Source: Archaeoglobaceae archaeon
GTDB lineage: Archaea > Halobacteriota > Archaeoglobi > Archaeoglobales > Archaeoglobaceae
DNA: 17,954 nt
Assembly: GCA_038893835.1 (NCBI GenBank)
Contig: JAWAQR010000025.1
Location: forward strand, 1-17,954
Reading direction: 5' to 3'
Made by a program: the position numbers and the translations under genes. Positions 16,356 through 17,954 of this stretch are shown here, piece by piece. The notes beneath the pieces are model-generated. The model saw only the letters and a list, made by a program, of their open reading frames with translations, was not told the DNA's origin and did not search any database. Position 1 is the first letter of the stretch; every line of letters starts with the position of its first letter.

Positions 16356-16835
16356 CTACTTTTTCGCCCCCCTCACCATTGCAACCTTTCCAGTTCTTGC
16401 AACTTCCTTTATCCCGTAGCTCCTCATGAGGTCTATGAAGGCATTTATCTTATCCTCATCTCCTGTGATCTCTATTATGAAGCTATCCTTCGCAACGTCA
16501 ACTATTCTTGCTCTGAAGATGTTTGTAAGCTCAACTAGTTCTCCTCTTTTCTCTGGAGGAGCATTTACTCTTACTAGGCAAAGTTCCCTTTCAACCGAGT
16601 TTTGTGATATGTTACTGACTTTTATAACTTCGATCAACTTATTCAGTTGTTTTATTACCTGTTCAAGCACTTTTTCATCTCCATTGACCACTATCGTCAT
16701 TCTGGATATGTTTTCATTCTCCGTAACTCCTACGGTTAGACTTTCTATGTTGAAACCTCTGCGCCTGAAAAGGGAGGCAACTCTTGCCAAAACTCCGGGC
16801 TTGTTTTCAACCAAAACTGCAATCGTGTACTTCAT
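16356..16835 (-). CDS. ilvN: Acetolactate synthase small (regulatory) subunit
   Basis: ACT domain [40 protein letters not shown] and EVARTG. Directly abuts the ilvB stop, with SD GAGGAGG. Confidence 0.96.
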   Translation of the reverse strand: MKYTIAVLVENKPGVLARVASLFRRRGFNIESLTVGVTENENISRMTIVVNGDEKVLEQVIKQLNKLIEVIKVSNISQNSVERELCLVRVNAPPEKRGELVELTNIFRARIVDVAKDSFIIEITGDEDKINAFIDLMRSYGIKEVARTGKVAMVRGAKK

Positions 16836-17954
16836 CTAATCCTCCTCACAAATTATATCCTTTAAACCCTTACCCGGCGGAACCATTGGGAAAACCTTTG
16901 CCTGATAATCAACCTTGAAATCGACAACAACTGGTGAATCATTTATTTCCTTTGCTTGTTTTAAAGCATCTAGGACTTCGCTTGGTTTTTCAACTGTTAT
17001 TCCCACAGCTCCAAAGCCCTCAGCTATTTTTTCAAAGCTCATTTTTTCGCAACCGATACAGGTTGCAGAGTATCTTTCACGATAAAACAATTCTTGCCAT
17101 TGCCTGACCATTCCTAGATAGCCATTGTTAAGTATAAAGACTTTCACAGGTATGTTGTAATGAACACATGTGGCAAGTTCTTGGATGTTCATCAGAAAAC
17201 TCCCATCTCCAGCGATGTCTATCACTTCCTTATCTGGACATGCAACCTTTGCGCCTATTGCAGCTGGAAATCCGAAGCCCATTGTTCCAAGACCGCCACT
17301 GGTTATGAACTGTCTTGGACTTTTGACTTTGAAATACTGAGCGGCCCACATTTGGTTTTGACCAACTTCTGTCGTAACTATTGCATCCGGAAATACTTCG
17401 CATATCTTTTCTACAACAAACTGTGGCTTGAATCCATCTTTCTTATACCTCATCGGAAACTTCTCTCTCCACTCTTTCACTTTATCTTCCCACTCCTTTC
17501 TTTGCTTGTATTCGATGTACTTCTTAAGATTTGCGAGTATTCTCTTGGCATCTCCAACGATTGGTACATCAACGCGAACGTTTTTCCCTATCTCCGCTGG
17601 ATCTATGTCGATGTGAATGATTTTTGCCTGTGGAGCAAAAAGTGCAGCGTTTCCAGTAGTTCTATCGCTGAAACGACAGCCAACTGCAATTATTAAATCG
17701 CTCTCGCTTAACGCATAGTTTGCGTATTTTGAACCATGCATACCAACGAAACCTAGGCAGAGGGGATGATATTCGCTTATCGCTCCCTTACCCATTAAGG
17801 TTGTAACCACAAAAGCTGGAATCGTTTCAGCTAGTTCTGTAAGCTCTTTTGAAGCATTTGAAATCTTAACCCCTCCTCCTGCGAGTATTATTGGTCTTTC
17901 TGACTTCATTATCAGTTCTGCTGCTTTCTTTATCTGCATTGGATGGCCATCGTA
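16836..17954 (-). CDS. ilvB: Acetolactate synthase large subunit (5'-truncated by window edge)
   Basis: RPIILAGGG, GMHG, RFSDRTTG, HIDIDPAEIGK, VGQNQMWAAQ, SGGLGTMGFG, ThDP motif GDGSF...NN and LGMVRQWQ. The frame stays open to the window end (YDGHP before MQIKK). Confidence 0.96.
   Translation of the reverse strand, partial: YDGHPMQIKKAAELIMKSERPIILAGGGVKISNASKELTELAETIPAFVVTTLMGKGAISEYHPLCLGFVGMHGSKYANYALSESDLIIAVGCRFSDRTTGNAALFAPQAKIIHIDIDPAEIGKNVRVDVPIVGDAKRILANLKKYIEYKQRKEWEDKVKEWREKFPMRYKKDGFKPQFVVEKICEVFPDAIVTTEVGQNQMWAAQYFKVKSPRQFITSGGLGTMGFGFPAAIGAKVACPDKEVIDIAGDGSFLMNIQELATCVHYNIPVKVFILNNGYLGMVRQWQELFYRERYSATCIGCEKMSFEKIAEGFGAVGITVEKPSEVLDALKQAKEINDSPVVVDFKVDYQAKVFPMVPPGKGLKDIICEED

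Noticed and set aside
372-17696. Numerous 60-180 aa antisense or alternate-frame ORFs (e.g. 372..833, 6891..7304, 10899..11303, 16426..16839, 17160..17696)
   Set aside because: They lie almost entirely within well-supported genes, and most have the S/F/I/L-rich composition expected from the reverse complement of E/K-rich coding sequence. They have no recognisable motifs.
1-17954. tRNA, rRNA, CRISPR array or IS element
   Set aside because: All intergenic gaps are under about 120 bp and AT-rich. I saw no GC-rich structured segment, repeat-spacer pattern or transposase. Small C/D-box sRNAs cannot be excluded by eye.

Overview
Compact, gene-dense archaeal chromosomal segment. It is most likely from Archaeoglobales: GatE, bifunctional FBP aldolase/phosphatase, Nep1 and TrmB are archaeal hallmarks, and the JAMM protein closely resembles A. 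fulgidus AfJAMM as I recall it. Gene order: TrmB-family regulator (5'-truncated), LeuC/HacA large subunit, JAMM isopeptidase, small ORF, nep1, thiL, MOP/Wzx flippase, AmrS-type radical SAM, then a minus-strand B12-binding-domain radical SAM resembling the Grs/Gms tetraether-lipid-modifying family. That gene is transcribed divergently from a ChlI/MoxR-type AAA+ ATPase plus vWA pair. Then come a single-domain KaiC-like ATPase (-), fbp, a degenerate ThiF/E1-like protein, gatE, a rubredoxin missed by the ORF track (-), an MgtE/SLC41 transporter, ilvN and ilvB (5'-truncated) (-). I saw no rRNA, tRNA, CRISPR or mobile element. The best leads are the lipid-type radical SAM / orphan AAA+-vWA divergon with a candidate operator, the E1-like pseudo-enzyme between fbp and gatE, and a palindromic TATA box shared by the rubredoxin and mgtE genes. 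All family calls come from motif recognition, not database searches.
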